NCBI GenBank assembly: GCA_963667015.2
Contig: CAXXJJ010000001.1
Coordinates: forward strand, 1,600,001 to 1,664,000
From: Desulfatiglandales bacterium
GTDB taxonomy: Bacteria; Desulfobacterota; DSM-4660; Desulfatiglandales; HGW-15
Direction: 5' to 3'
DNA: 64,000 nucleotides
Shown here piece after piece: positions 20,013 to 30,346 of this stretch. Both the position numbers and the translations under genes were made by a program. The notes under the pieces are model-generated. The model was not told the origin of the DNA. It saw only the letters and a program-made list of their open reading frames with translations, and did not search any database. Numbering within the stretch: position 1 is the first letter of the stretch; every line of letters begins with the position of its first letter.

Positions 20013-20642
20013 ATGTTTAACGTAATTTCAAATGGTGGCGCCTTTATGTGGGTAATAATCGGAGTATCCATCATTGCATTTGCTTTATTTTTTGAAAGGG
20101 CTTCATTCCTTTATCTAAGGCTCAAGCTGAACATGGACAAGGCCTTTGACAGCATTATGAAGGCGCTTGAAAAGGCAAACTACAGCGATGCACTGAAAGA
20201 GGTTTCCAAGATTGATAAACACCCGCTGGGCAGGATTCTCAAGGCCGGATTAATCAAGTCGGATAAAAAGGACAAGGATATAGAGCGGGCCATGGAAGAG
20301 AAAATACTCAGGGAGATTCCAAAAGTAAAGGCACGTATAAACCTTCTTTCGCTCTTTGCCAATATATCCACTCTTCTCGGACTGCTGGGAACCATAATGG
20401 GATTGATCGTTGCCTTTAAGAGCGTTAGCAATGCGAGCGAGGCCATGAAGCAGGAGATACTGGCATCCGGTATTTCAATGGCCATGCTGACTACAGCAGC
20501 AGGGCTTATCGTGGCGATTCCATGTATGGCAGGATATTACTTTTTGAATAACCGCGGTGATTACCTGATCGACCAGTTTGAGGAAAAGGCTCTTACCCTT
20601 GCTAACGCACTTTCAACACTTAAAAAGGACGGGAGCATCTAA
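20013..20642 (+). CDS. MotA/TolQ/ExbB proton channel (AglR-like)
   Basis: Strong RBS aaggagg; ANISTLLGLLGTIMGLI, GISMAMLTTAAGL. Confidence 0.9.
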   Translation: MFNVISNGGAFMWVIIGVSIIAFALFFERASFLYLRLKLNMDKAFDSIMKALEKANYSDALKEVSKIDKHPLGRILKAGLIKSDKKDKDIERAMEEKILREIPKVKARINLLSLFANISTLLGLLGTIMGLIVAFKSVSNASEAMKQEILASGISMAMLTTAAGLIVAIPCMAGYYFLNNRGDYLIDQFEEKALTLANALSTLKKDGSI

Positions 20643-21151
20643 TGTCTGCATTCCTGCGGCTAAAGAGACGGGAGATGGAAGAGGACTGCGAACCTAATCT
20701 GGTTCCCATCATGAACATGTTTCTTGTTCTGATTCCCTTTCTCCTGATGTCTGCAAGCTTCTATCATATTAAGTCTGTAAATACCTCTGTGCCGGTACTT
20801 GCTGAAAGCATCAGCAAGGCCGAAGAAGATAAAGCCGTAAGCGTGACCGTTGTAGTTGAACTGAAAAAGGATTCTCTCAAGGTGTCTGCCATGAGTGATA
20901 AATTGACAGGCGATGAGCTTAATCAGTTTAAGACAGAATATCCCGTGGACGGTAACAGCAATTATCCCCTGGATAAATTTTCGGCATTTCTGCAGGGGAT
21001 AAAGAATCAGTACCCTGAAAGCAACACCCTGATCTTAATACCAAATGACAGTACGGATTATAATACCATTATTCACGCCATGGACACGGCAAGAAGAACA
21101 GGTGAGTTAACCCTGTTCCCGAACGTGGTGTTGTCAGGTTCCCTGGGGTAG
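20642..21151 (+). CDS. ExbD/TolR protein (AglQ-like)
   Basis: NLVPIMNMFLVLIPFLL (Asn where ExbD/TolR usually has Asp); Y..IIHAMDTAR. Confidence 0.82.
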   Translation: MSAFLRLKRREMEEDCEPNLVPIMNMFLVLIPFLLMSASFYHIKSVNTSVPVLAESISKAEEDKAVSVTVVVELKKDSLKVSAMSDKLTGDELNQFKTEYPVDGNSNYPLDKFSAFLQGIKNQYPESNTLILIPNDSTDYNTIIHAMDTARRTGELTLFPNVVLSGSLG

Positions 21152-21162
21152 GAGTTAAATCT

Positions 21163-21663
21163 ATGGCACTTGGTGATAACAGAAGAAAAAGAAAATCCTT
21201 TGCCGCACCAAAACTCATGCTTACATCCATGATGGATATGTTCACCATTGTTCTTATTTTTCTTCTCTTCTCATTCTCTGAGAGGGTAGAGACAATCAAG
21301 ATAGACAGTGAGCTTGAACTGCCGCGATCCTCAACAAAGATGGATTACGATAAAAACCTCAAGCTTGTCTTAACAAAGAGTTCACTGATGCTCGATGACG
21401 AAATAATCGCTGAGCTTGATAATGGAGAGCTCAGGGGATTTGATCAAAAGGATCTTAAGGCATCAATCCTGTACACACGTCTGAAGGACCATTACGAGAA
21501 CAGCAAAAAGACTGCAGAGGAAAATCCGGAAGTAAAGCCCGGCAATCAGGGAATTATCTTCCTGTGTGACAAGAGTCATGAGTTCAAGACTATTAATCAG
21601 GTTATGAAAACAGCAGGCCTGGCAGGTTATCCCAATTTTCAGTTCGCGGTCCTGCAGGAGTAA
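21163..21663 (+). CDS. ExbD/TolR protein (AglS-like)
   Basis: LTSMMDMFTIVLIFLL; DK...F..I.QVMKTAG.AGY.NFQFAV. Confidence 0.85.
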   Translation: MALGDNRRKRKSFAAPKLMLTSMMDMFTIVLIFLLFSFSERVETIKIDSELELPRSSTKMDYDKNLKLVLTKSSLMLDDEIIAELDNGELRGFDQKDLKASILYTRLKDHYENSKKTAEENPEVKPGNQGIIFLCDKSHEFKTINQVMKTAGLAGYPNFQFAVLQE

Positions 21664-21677
21664 CAGGGAGACAGGGG

Positions 21678-22025
21678 ATGGGTAAAATAAAAATATATAC
21701 AGTCGGCATTGCCATTTCATTTTTTCTCCTGTGTCACTCATTCATTGCAGTTGCAGCGGAAGAGGAGACAAAAGAAGCGGAGATCAGTGAAGCGAAACCT
21801 GAAGAGGCAGGACCTCAAGATACAGAAGCAAAAGACAATAAAAAAGGCAACCTGATGGAACGTATCGATTTCGGAAACTCATACATCCTGGGCCAGAGCA
21901 TAAAATCCGGGGCGGTCTACCTTCTTCACAGAAAGAAGAGCGATATCAAAAGCATGCTGAAGACCAGAGAAGAATATCGAAAGGAAATTCTTGAGGATTT
22001 CCAGGTCAATGATGATGAACCCTGA
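21678..22025 (+). CDS. Small periplasmic GltF/CglF-like protein
   Basis: Signal peptide; IDF...I.G......YLLHRKK....S..K.R..Y..EI resembles my recollection of CglF/GltF; operon context. Confidence 0.65.
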   Translation: MGKIKIYTVGIAISFFLLCHSFIAVAAEEETKEAEISEAKPEEAGPQDTEAKDNKKGNLMERIDFGNSYILGQSIKSGAVYLLHRKKSDIKSMLKTREEYRKEILEDFQVNDDEP

Positions 22026-22080
22026 TTTTTATCAGGCCTGAATTTGTAACTGGATAATGTAAAAAAAACATGGTGATACT

Positions 22081-24588
22081 ATGAGTAAGCTACATGGAAA
22101 TAGAGCGTATATAGAACCTGATCTTAACCCGGCGGCAAATGGACTTGCTCCGATAAATCTCTCCAGTGATCATTCTATCACGCATTCAATCAGGATAGAG
22201 GTTTACAGGGAAGGTGAATATCTTGGTAAAAAGATTTTCTCCCAGAATCGAATAATTATCGGAAAGAGTCTGGAGGCGGATCTTGTTCTTTCTGATGATG
22301 CGATTGCTGACAGGCATGCCTGCATAACATTTATAGACGACCAGCCGGTAATCCTTGATCAGACACAGAAGTCAGGTCTTCTCATCAGAGGAAATCAGTT
22401 TGGAATATCCATTATTGACTCCTCGGAACAGGTCGGGCTGGGGCCTTTTATTTTAAAGATCAGACATCATAAAACATCCGATGACCAGATACACTCAGAT
22501 AATATCACATATGCTGACAATTCAGATGAAGACATAAGAGCGGCTTCAGGTATTGATCTTTCTGGCGTTTCAGAAGATGCCCGTGCCGATTCACCGGAAC
22601 AGAATGAAAAAGCGGTTGAACATGAGGACAATAATGAAAAGCCTGAGGTGGATTTATTTGGCATGTTTGAAGGCGGTTCAGACGAAGACCATGATCTTTA
22701 CGATCTGATCTTTGAGGGCGATGTCAAGACCGGTCAGGATATAGGCAACGTCAAAATCAACCTGTCGAGGATATTCAAGTCGGATGAATCCCGGATAGAG
22801 CATTTTTTCAGTCGAAAGATGGTTGTTTTAAAGAGCGCCCTGAAAATAGATATAGCCAAAAAATATAAAAAGGTCTTTGAGAAAAGCGGTGCAGTGTGCA
22901 GACTGACAGCCCATAAAGGAACTGAGGAGCATGACGTTCCCGTTCAAGACGATGTGTCTCCAGAAATAGAGTCTCAGACCCATGAACAGGATGCAATTCG
23001 GGAAGAGACAAATGTCTCCTCACCGGAGGAACCCGAAAACAAGACAGAACAGTCAGAGTCATCACCGGTAAAGGAAAAGAACCTGTGGAAGTTTTATGGT
23101 TTTGAAACAGATGATGAAGAAGATGAGGATGAAGAAGATCTTCCTGCGGATTTTTCCCTGAAGGACAGGATTAATGAGTTAAATAAATCCGGTTTACATC
23201 TTAACTCTTCGAATAAAAAATACCTGGAGGTTATCAAGCTTTGCGGCCGTGAGGTCATAGACATTCAGCACCTGGAAGAAAAAGAGAGGTTTTATATTTC
23301 GGATGACAATAATAAACGTTTTTGTCTGGCTGAATTTAAGAAGGCAAATGAGGCACTGTTTTCATTTAATAAAAATCTTGAGGGAAACCTGGAAATAGAT
23401 GGTGAGCAGTCTGTTGCAACGCAAGTGCTCATGAAAGATAAAAACTGCATCAGCAAACGAAAGGGCATCTACAGGATACCCTTACCGGGTAATGGTAAGG
23501 CGGTTTTATCTGACGGGTACTTTGACTACCAGATGCGAATGGTAGGCGGTTCCCTTGTCCCGGAAATACCAGAGATAAAAGAATCAAATAAAAAATCCTA
23601 CAGGCATTTTGGTGTATCCTTTGCTTTTCATATCGTGTTTTTAACCTTTCTGGGATTGTTCCCATCCTTTGACAGCGGAAAAAAGATTGAGGATGAAGCC
23701 CGCTTTGTTCAGCTTGATACAAATCAGCTCGCTGAACTGGAAAAGGTGATGAAGCCCCAGCCGAAACCAAAACCGCCTGAACCCGCACCGGTTGTAGAGC
23801 CGCAGCTTAAAAAGGAGCCAAAACCAGCAGTTTTGAAAAAGGAACCTGTCAGGGTGGCATCAAATAAGAAACCTTCAAAAAGCAAAACCGTATCCAGGCC
23901 ATCAAGGCACCCGGATGCAGGCGGAGGCTTTGGCGAAGGCAATGTCTCAACCAGGAATATAAATGAGACAGGGATACTTGGCATGATCTCAGACAGTGTA
24001 GGAATACAGCCCAGAAACGCCCTTGCCGCTGTTACAAATCTTGATGCTGTTTCTTCCCCTAATGTTACCGCAGGCAATCTAAAGGTAGGCGGTGTTGTCG
24101 GCCATATCGGCACAGGTGAAATTGCGGTTCCTAAAGGCTCAATAATCTCTACAAAGGGTTCAAGCCAGGTGCTCAGGAGCTACGGAAGAAAGGGTGAAGG
24201 AACTGTAGCTGCCCTTGAAAAGGGTAAAACAGGAGAGCAGGAAGTAATGGGGATGGTCACGGCCACGCTGGATAAATCGGTCAGGATTAGGGGAGGTCTT
24301 TCCATGGAGGCGGTAAAGAGGGTGATCGACGAGCATCTGGATGACATCACATACTGCTATGAAACGGAACTTATAGCCAATCCTTCAATCGTGGGCAAGG
24401 TGATGTTCGAATGGAAGATCCTGATGACAGGGGAAGTAGGTGAAGTCAGAATAAAGTCTTCATCCATTAATTCTCATGAAATACATGCGTGCATAAAAGA
24501 GGCGATACGAACATGGCGTTTCCCAAAACCCAGCGGTTCGGAAGTTCTAGTCTCATATCCATTTGTTTTTGACATTGTCGGATTCTAA
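22081..24588 (+). CDS. GltG-like energy transducer: FHA domain, acidic linker, single TM, Pro-rich stalk, AgmX/PglI/TonB C-terminal domain
   Basis: FHA-like IIIGKS..ADLVL.D..I..RHA; TM at FGVSFAFHIVFL; C-terminal I..CYE..L..NP...GKV...W.I...G.V....C....I..WRFP.P....V.V.YPFVF. Confidence 0.8.
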   Translation: MSKLHGNRAYIEPDLNPAANGLAPINLSSDHSITHSIRIEVYREGEYLGKKIFSQNRIIIGKSLEADLVLSDDAIADRHACITFIDDQPVILDQTQKSGLLIRGNQFGISIIDSSEQVGLGPFILKIRHHKTSDDQIHSDNITYADNSDEDIRAASGIDLSGVSEDARADSPEQNEKAVEHEDNNEKPEVDLFGMFEGGSDEDHDLYDLIFEGDVKTGQDIGNVKINLSRIFKSDESRIEHFFSRKMVVLKSALKIDIAKKYKKVFEKSGAVCRLTAHKGTEEHDVPVQDDVSPEIESQTHEQDAIREETNVSSPEEPENKTEQSESSPVKEKNLWKFYGFETDDEEDEDEEDLPADFSLKDRINELNKSGLHLNSSNKKYLEVIKLCGREVIDIQHLEEKERFYISDDNNKRFCLAEFKKANEALFSFNKNLEGNLEIDGEQSVATQVLMKDKNCISKRKGIYRIPLPGNGKAVLSDGYFDYQMRMVGGSLVPEIPEIKESNKKSYRHFGVSFAFHIVFLTFLGLFPSFDSGKKIEDEARFVQLDTNQLAELEKVMKPQPKPKPPEPAPVVEPQLKKEPKPAVLKKEPVRVASNKKPSKSKTVSRPSRHPDAGGGFGEGNVSTRNINETGILGMISDSVGIQPRNALAAVTNLDAVSSPNVTAGNLKVGGVVGHIGTGEIAVPKGSIISTKGSSQVLRSYGRKGEGTVAALEKGKTGEQEVMGMVTATLDKSVRIRGGLSMEAVKRVIDEHLDDITYCYETELIANPSIVGKVMFEWKILMTGEVGEVRIKSSSINSHEIHACIKEAIRTWRFPKPSGSEVLVSYPFVFDIVGF

Positions 24589-24604
24589 AGGAGGTCTTTT
24601 AATA

Positions 24605-25345
24605 ATGAAAATATTTGTATCAATCCTCGTTTTCTCAATATTTCTGTGCTGGCAGGCCCCGGAGGCATTATGTGAAGATGCAAAGGACGAAGCAGGCGTA
24701 TATGCCGTACAGAATCGAATCTTTCACCGGGATCACGAGATAAACTTTAATCTGGGCTATATTACAAATGAGGATTTTTATCATTCTTTTCCAATCGGGT
24801 TTGGCTATGTCTATAATTTCAGTGATAATTTCGGATGGGAAGTTGCCCGCGCTCAATATGTCGTAACCACTGAAAACGATCTGAAATCGGATATTGAACA
24901 GCAGTTTGGCGTAACTCCATCCGAATTTGCCAAACCTGTGTACATGCTTTATTCACATTTTGTGTACAAACCCTTTTATGGAAAAAATGCTGTATTAAAC
25001 AAGGGTATAATAAATCATGAAACATACCTGTTTGCCGGGGGAGGGATTGTCGGTTACGACTGGCATTATCCTGAAGGCCATCCCCTTTACAACACCAATG
25101 ACTCTGAAATGGTGCCTTCTATCAGCTTTGGTATTGGTTCGAAATATTTCCTGAACAAAAAATTCTGCCTCAATTTTGAGATCCATGACCACATGAATTT
25201 TCGGGAAGACGGTATGAAAAACCGGATATCCTTTAGTGCCGGAATCGGCTTCAGATTTGATCTTAAACCAAGAAAAATCAAAAAAGATGAAAGCCTTGAA
25301 AGACTTAACAGGTATCTGAAAAAGGATGAGGATGATGATCTCTAG
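24605..25345 (+). CDS. Outer-membrane beta-barrel (GltA/B/H-like)
   Basis: Signal peptide; VYAVQNRIF...HEI, KPFYGK; alternating beta pattern. Confidence 0.75.
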   Translation: MKIFVSILVFSIFLCWQAPEALCEDAKDEAGVYAVQNRIFHRDHEINFNLGYITNEDFYHSFPIGFGYVYNFSDNFGWEVARAQYVVTTENDLKSDIEQQFGVTPSEFAKPVYMLYSHFVYKPFYGKNAVLNKGIINHETYLFAGGGIVGYDWHYPEGHPLYNTNDSEMVPSISFGIGSKYFLNKKFCLNFEIHDHMNFREDGMKNRISFSAGIGFRFDLKPRKIKKDESLERLNRYLKKDEDDDL

Positions 25346-26906
25346 GACCCGAAATATCTGTTTTATCCTGATCATTCTTTTAAGCTGCCCGGCCTTTGCG
25401 GCATCACCTCTTGATATTGTCAAGAAACCGCTTGGTTTTGTGAAGAAACCAATAGGCTATGTAAAGAAACTGGTAGGGCTTGAAAAGGATGAGAAATCGG
25501 AAGCTTCCGAGGTCAGCACGGATGAACAGGCTGATAAAGATCCAAAGCGAAAACACTTTGAAGATGGATATGCCTTCTTTGCCGAAGGGAATTATCAGGA
25601 AGCAATGGTTGAGTTATATAGGTTTATAGCCATGTCTTCCCCTGATGAGGAAGATTATGAGTGGGCCCAGTTTTTCTTTGGAATCAGCCTCAATGAACTT
25701 AACTTTTCCCACGCTGCGGATGATGTGCTGGGCAACCTCATAACCAGAAAACCTAATCCCAGGATCGTTACATACTCCTTTGAGATACTTGAAAAGAATA
25801 TGCGTACACTGCCCCATGATGAAGATTTTATTGTACATCAGGTGGTAGGAGATCAGGACTATGGTTTTGTGGAAGGTGATGTTGCAGACTTTGTTAACTA
25901 CCTGCAGGGACTATACGACTGGGAACATAAATTTTTTGAATGGGGGAATGAGCATTTTAAAAAGATAAGTCCCACATCCACATATTACTTTAAACACCTT
26001 TATGAAGAGGCCCTTTACAGTGTTTATAAAGACAATATTGATGAGGCGATTGATTATCTGAACGACATATTAAAAAGTGATTTCCCCTCAAAGGATCTCA
26101 AGGATGACTGCCGGAAGACCCTTGCCAGGCTTCTTTATGAAAAGGGCGAATATGATGATGCAGACATGATCTATGCAGGGATTCAGAAGAGTATTATTGA
26201 ACAGGCGGAAAATATTCTTGAACGCGCATGGGTTCATTACCGTCTGGGGCATAATGAACGGGCCATGGGGCTGCTTTATTCATTTGAGGCCCCGAGTTTC
26301 AGGAACGCCTTCAGGCCGGAATATTTTATCCTCAAGTCATTTATCTACAAGGATGTGTGTCATTATCAGAATGCGCTGACCGTGGTTTATGAGTTCAAAG
26401 ATCGCTACAGCGATGCACTTTCCAGGCTTTATGAGCGAAGTCTCCCACAGGAGAATGATGCTCTCATGCTTGTACTCCTTAACAAACCAAAGATTTCCGG
26501 AATATATGAATTCCTCGGTCTGCTGGAAAGGGAGATGGTGGCATGTCAGGCCATTTCGGATGAAGCGCTCAAGGCCCATCTGATAAAGATCTATGAGCTC
26601 CAGATGGAAGAAAGCCGTGAGAAATTGAGGAAGCTGATAAATGACGAATACGAGATTATAGCAAACGATCTTCTCCAGTATGAGGAAGAGGCCAATCTCA
26701 TGGAATATGAGATCGGGCTTGATATGTATCAGCGTGTTTATCAGAGTCATTATGCGGATCAGAAGACAGAAAAAGAGAAGGTGGAAAAGGGACTGGCATT
26801 ATATCAGTTCCAGGGGGAATTCTGGAACGATGAACTAGCGGCATATGAGGTCAGCCTGCCTAATAAATGTGAAAACATGGAAGAATGGGACGTCTTTTTC
26901 AAATGA
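25332..26906 (+). CDS. Periplasmic TPR protein (GltC-like)
   Basis: Signal peptide, TPRs, ERAWVHY; C-terminal YQFQGEFWNDEL..Y.V.L.NKC. Confidence 0.72.
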   Translation: MMISRTRNICFILIILLSCPAFAASPLDIVKKPLGFVKKPIGYVKKLVGLEKDEKSEASEVSTDEQADKDPKRKHFEDGYAFFAEGNYQEAMVELYRFIAMSSPDEEDYEWAQFFFGISLNELNFSHAADDVLGNLITRKPNPRIVTYSFEILEKNMRTLPHDEDFIVHQVVGDQDYGFVEGDVADFVNYLQGLYDWEHKFFEWGNEHFKKISPTSTYYFKHLYEEALYSVYKDNIDEAIDYLNDILKSDFPSKDLKDDCRKTLARLLYEKGEYDDADMIYAGIQKSIIEQAENILERAWVHYRLGHNERAMGLLYSFEAPSFRNAFRPEYFILKSFIYKDVCHYQNALTVVYEFKDRYSDALSRLYERSLPQENDALMLVLLNKPKISGIYEFLGLLEREMVACQAISDEALKAHLIKIYELQMEESREKLRKLINDEYEIIANDLLQYEEEANLMEYEIGLDMYQRVYQSHYADQKTEKEKVEKGLALYQFQGEFWNDELAAYEVSLPNKCENMEEWDVFFK

Positions 26907-29900
26907 ACAGATATCTAAATAAAAAATCAATAATGAGCGGGTTTTTCGTTTGCTTCTCCTGCATGCTGTTTATCCTGTCAGGGAACAGGCTGGCCGTCTG
27001 TGAAGAGATTCATGAGGCCTATGAAACGACGGATAAGGAAGAAGATCAGAAGCAGTTTGTTACAAAACTGATGGATGACGACAGGAAGGTGGACCTGGCA
27101 ATCGAAAACACGAAGATGCTGATCGATAAATCCCGAAGCAAACCCTATATGCCTGAACTGTATATGCGCCTTGCCGAACTCTATATTGAAAAATCAAGGA
27201 TTGTCTATTTTATCAGGAAGGGAGCCGTAAAAGGAAAAAAAAGCTCAAAGATGGACAAGTTTGAGTACGACATGCTCAAGAGCAAGGCTATTGAGATATA
27301 TCAGCGAATCCTTGACCATTATCCTGATTTTGAAGACAGGGACAAGGTCTACTTCTTTATGGCCCATGAACAGCGTGAAATGGGCAATATAGATGAGATG
27401 GTGAAAAGCTATAGAACCCTGATTAAAGAATTTACTAAGAGCAGTTATATCCCTGAGGCATATCTCCTCCTGGGTGATTACTTCTTTGCCAAGCAGGATC
27501 TGGACTCTTCCACAAGACATTATGAAAAGGTCCTGGAATATCCGGAAAGCCCTGCCATTGAAATAGCCAGATATAAACTTGCCTGGTGTTTTATAAATAA
27601 TGTGGACTACGAAAAGGCCATCAAGCTTTTTGAGGCGGCAATTGAAGGACACGTACCCGATAAGGAACTTGATGTGGATACCTACCAGCACGTGGATGTG
27701 CGCCTTGAATCCCTTATTGATATGGCCTTCTGCTATCCTGAATATTATAAAAAAAGTACACCGGAAAAGGCCCTTGAATATTTTCAGAAATATTCATGGT
27801 CCAGACAGTCCTACGGCATTGTAATCGATAAACTCGCCTACAGATATTTTGTTAAAAAGAACTGGCAGATGGCCTCGGCCCTCTATCGGGAGCTTTGTGA
27901 TCTAAGGCAGGACCCGGAAAAGCTTCTTGAGTACTGCCGAAACATCTTTGAGTGCGTTCAGGCAATAGGCAACTATGAAAACGCGGACAAGGATGTGGCC
28001 CTGATCGTAAAGGCCCTGAGAAGACAGAAGTACTCAGTGGATATTGATGATAAGCAGAAGGAAAAGGAAAGCCGGAGCTTTGAGGTATACTGCAGGGAGC
28101 TTATTACCCATCTCCATGAAAAGGCAAGGAGTACAAAGTCGAAAGAGGCCTTTAAAATAGCGGGAGCCGCCTATAAGAGTTATCTGGAATTTTTTGATGA
28201 CAGCTCTGCAAGGACCGACATGCAGAACAACTACGCTGAGGTGCTGTTTTCTGCAGGGCAGTATCTTAAGGCAGGAAAAGAATATGAAAAGATTGTAGAA
28301 TCGCTTGCCCTGTATCCCCAAGCAAAAATGGACAAATTATACAGTGCTGTTATCTCCTACTATAATGCCTTAAAAAACAAGGATGACCTTAACTACTATG
28401 ATCTGACATATGCCAGGCAGGGTATGAGGGCCACAGGTAACGAATATGCATCAGCCTATCCTGCCAGCCCTGCTACCTCGGATGTGCTCTTTAATGTTGC
28501 CTGGGTTGCCTATGATGCAGGAATGCATGATCAGGCAATAGATGAATTTACAAAGTTCATAGATAAATATCCCGGCGGCAAGTCTGCAACTGCAGCGGTT
28601 CATCTTATCCTGGATATCTATAACATGGATGAGAACTACAAGGGGCTGACCGAATACGGGAAAAAGGTGTTGAGCAATCCGGGAGTTACCGATGCAAAGC
28701 TTAAGACGGAAGTTGCCTCAATTGTAAAGAATGCAGAATCAAAAATAGTATCCACCATGACCCTTGCAGCGGTTGAAGACTGGGATCAGGGCAAAGAAGA
28801 GTTGCTCAGTATTGCAAATGAAGAGAAATCGTCAGTCATGGGTGAGCAGGCATTAAAGGCATTGATCGTCTCTGCAGTAGACAGAGGAGATTATGAGACT
28901 CTCTTTACTGCGGGGGACTCACTGGTAAAGCAGTTTCCGGAATCAGACCAGGCTGTTGAAACCATGGGCAGGATGATTGATACCTCATATAAGATCGGGC
29001 AGTTTCGAATGCTGGTGGATTATCTTGAAAAAATCTCGGAGCTTGATCCCAAAAATAAATCATCCGCAGATTTCATAAGCCAGGCCGGAAAAATCAGGGA
29101 AGGCCTCGGTCAATACAAACTGGCAAATATACATTACCAGCATCTTCTGAATCATCCTTCCTATTCAAAGGATGACATGGAGGAAATTATCTTTGCTATT
29201 GCCGAAAATGCCGTTAAATCCGGCAGCCCCGATGAGGCAATTAATATATTGAAAAGCAGGTATACAGGCCTTGGCAGCACGGGAAAGATTCGTGCGGATG
29301 CTGATCTGGCCTGGATGTATTTTAACAGTAATAATTATAAAGAAGCATACAGGTATCTTAAAAACACAACCAGATCATATAAAAAGGGTCTTGGAAAAAA
29401 AGATTCGGCAATGAATGATGCGGTCGCCAGGGCGGCCTATACGGATATTCATCTTGCAGAGGATAAATACTACTCACTGAAACTTGGAGATACGATTGAC
29501 AATAAAATCGTTAAACAAAAGTCCGATCTCCTGACAGATCTGGAAAAACGCTATGAAGCGGTAATAAATTACCAGTCAACCGAGTGGGCCTTAAAGGCCT
29601 GCTATCAGACAGCACTCCTTAACTACGAGTTTGCGGAATTTTTAAAGAATGCGCCTCTTCCCGAATTAAGTGAAGATCAGAAATCAGCCTATATTGCGGC
29701 TATCAATGAAAAGGCGGCGAGCTACCGGCAGAAGGGTGATCAGTACATGGAGACTTGTGCAACCCTTTCAAAGAAGTGGGAGATCTGTGACCCGGGAATG
29801 GTGGCCTACTATATGCCGGGCTATGATTCCCGGACCCATTCAACGCCATTCAGCCCCTTTAATGGTTCAGCATCAGACAGGTCCGTGGGAAAAGAGGGAT

Positions 29901-30346
29901 TAAACGACAGGCAATTAAAGGCTATTTATGACACCCTTTACAATGATCCGGAGGATTTCCCGGCCCTGCTTGAACTGGCAAAGGCATATGTTGAGAAAAG
30001 GGATTATGGCCAGGCAATGCTGGTTGTAAGGAACATAATGGATAAGGTTCCTGAAAACGATCACGCATCAGAGGCCATGCTTTATACAATATTAGGTCTC
30101 TGTCACCTTTATACCGGAGAAGATCAGGTTGCCAGGGATGAATTCAAGCAGGCGCTTAAAGTGGATAAAGAATCCTTCGAAGCGAGGATAAATCTGGCAG
30201 GCCTTTATTCATATTACGGTCATACAGAGAAGGCTGCCGCAGTTAAGGCAGGAATTAAATCTGCGGGCAACATCAATTCATCGGTCCTTATACATCCAAA
30301 GGCAGGAGAATATTACTATGCTGGCGCTCAGATATCACAAAACTAA
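26903..30346 (+). CDS. Large periplasmic TPR protein (GltD/AgmU-like, possibly with a GltE-like TPR tail)
   Basis: RLAELYIEKSR, many TPRs, YKLAWCFIN; ATGA overlap with the upstream gene. Confidence 0.72.
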   Translation: MNRYLNKKSIMSGFFVCFSCMLFILSGNRLAVCEEIHEAYETTDKEEDQKQFVTKLMDDDRKVDLAIENTKMLIDKSRSKPYMPELYMRLAELYIEKSRIVYFIRKGAVKGKKSSKMDKFEYDMLKSKAIEIYQRILDHYPDFEDRDKVYFFMAHEQREMGNIDEMVKSYRTLIKEFTKSSYIPEAYLLLGDYFFAKQDLDSSTRHYEKVLEYPESPAIEIARYKLAWCFINNVDYEKAIKLFEAAIEGHVPDKELDVDTYQHVDVRLESLIDMAFCYPEYYKKSTPEKALEYFQKYSWSRQSYGIVIDKLAYRYFVKKNWQMASALYRELCDLRQDPEKLLEYCRNIFECVQAIGNYENADKDVALIVKALRRQKYSVDIDDKQKEKESRSFEVYCRELITHLHEKARSTKSKEAFKIAGAAYKSYLEFFDDSSARTDMQNNYAEVLFSAGQYLKAGKEYEKIVESLALYPQAKMDKLYSAVISYYNALKNKDDLNYYDLTYARQGMRATGNEYASAYPASPATSDVLFNVAWVAYDAGMHDQAIDEFTKFIDKYPGGKSATAAVHLILDIYNMDENYKGLTEYGKKVLSNPGVTDAKLKTEVASIVKNAESKIVSTMTLAAVEDWDQGKEELLSIANEEKSSVMGEQALKALIVSAVDRGDYETLFTAGDSLVKQFPESDQAVETMGRMIDTSYKIGQFRMLVDYLEKISELDPKNKSSADFISQAGKIREGLGQYKLANIHYQHLLNHPSYSKDDMEEIIFAIAENAVKSGSPDEAINILKSRYTGLGSTGKIRADADLAWMYFNSNNYKEAYRYLKNTTRSYKKGLGKKDSAMNDAVARAAYTDIHLAEDKYYSLKLGDTIDNKIVKQKSDLLTDLEKRYEAVINYQSTEWALKACYQTALLNYEFAEFLKNAPLPELSEDQKSAYIAAINEKAASYRQKGDQYMETCATLSKKWEICDPGMVAYYMPGYDSRTHSTPFSPFNGSASDRSVGKEGLNDRQLKAIYDTLYNDPEDFPALLELAKAYVEKRDYGQAMLVVRNIMDKVPENDHASEAMLYTILGLCHLYTGEDQVARDEFKQALKVDKESFEARINLAGLYSYYGHTEKAAAVKAGIKSAGNINSSVLIHPKAGEYYYAGAQISQN

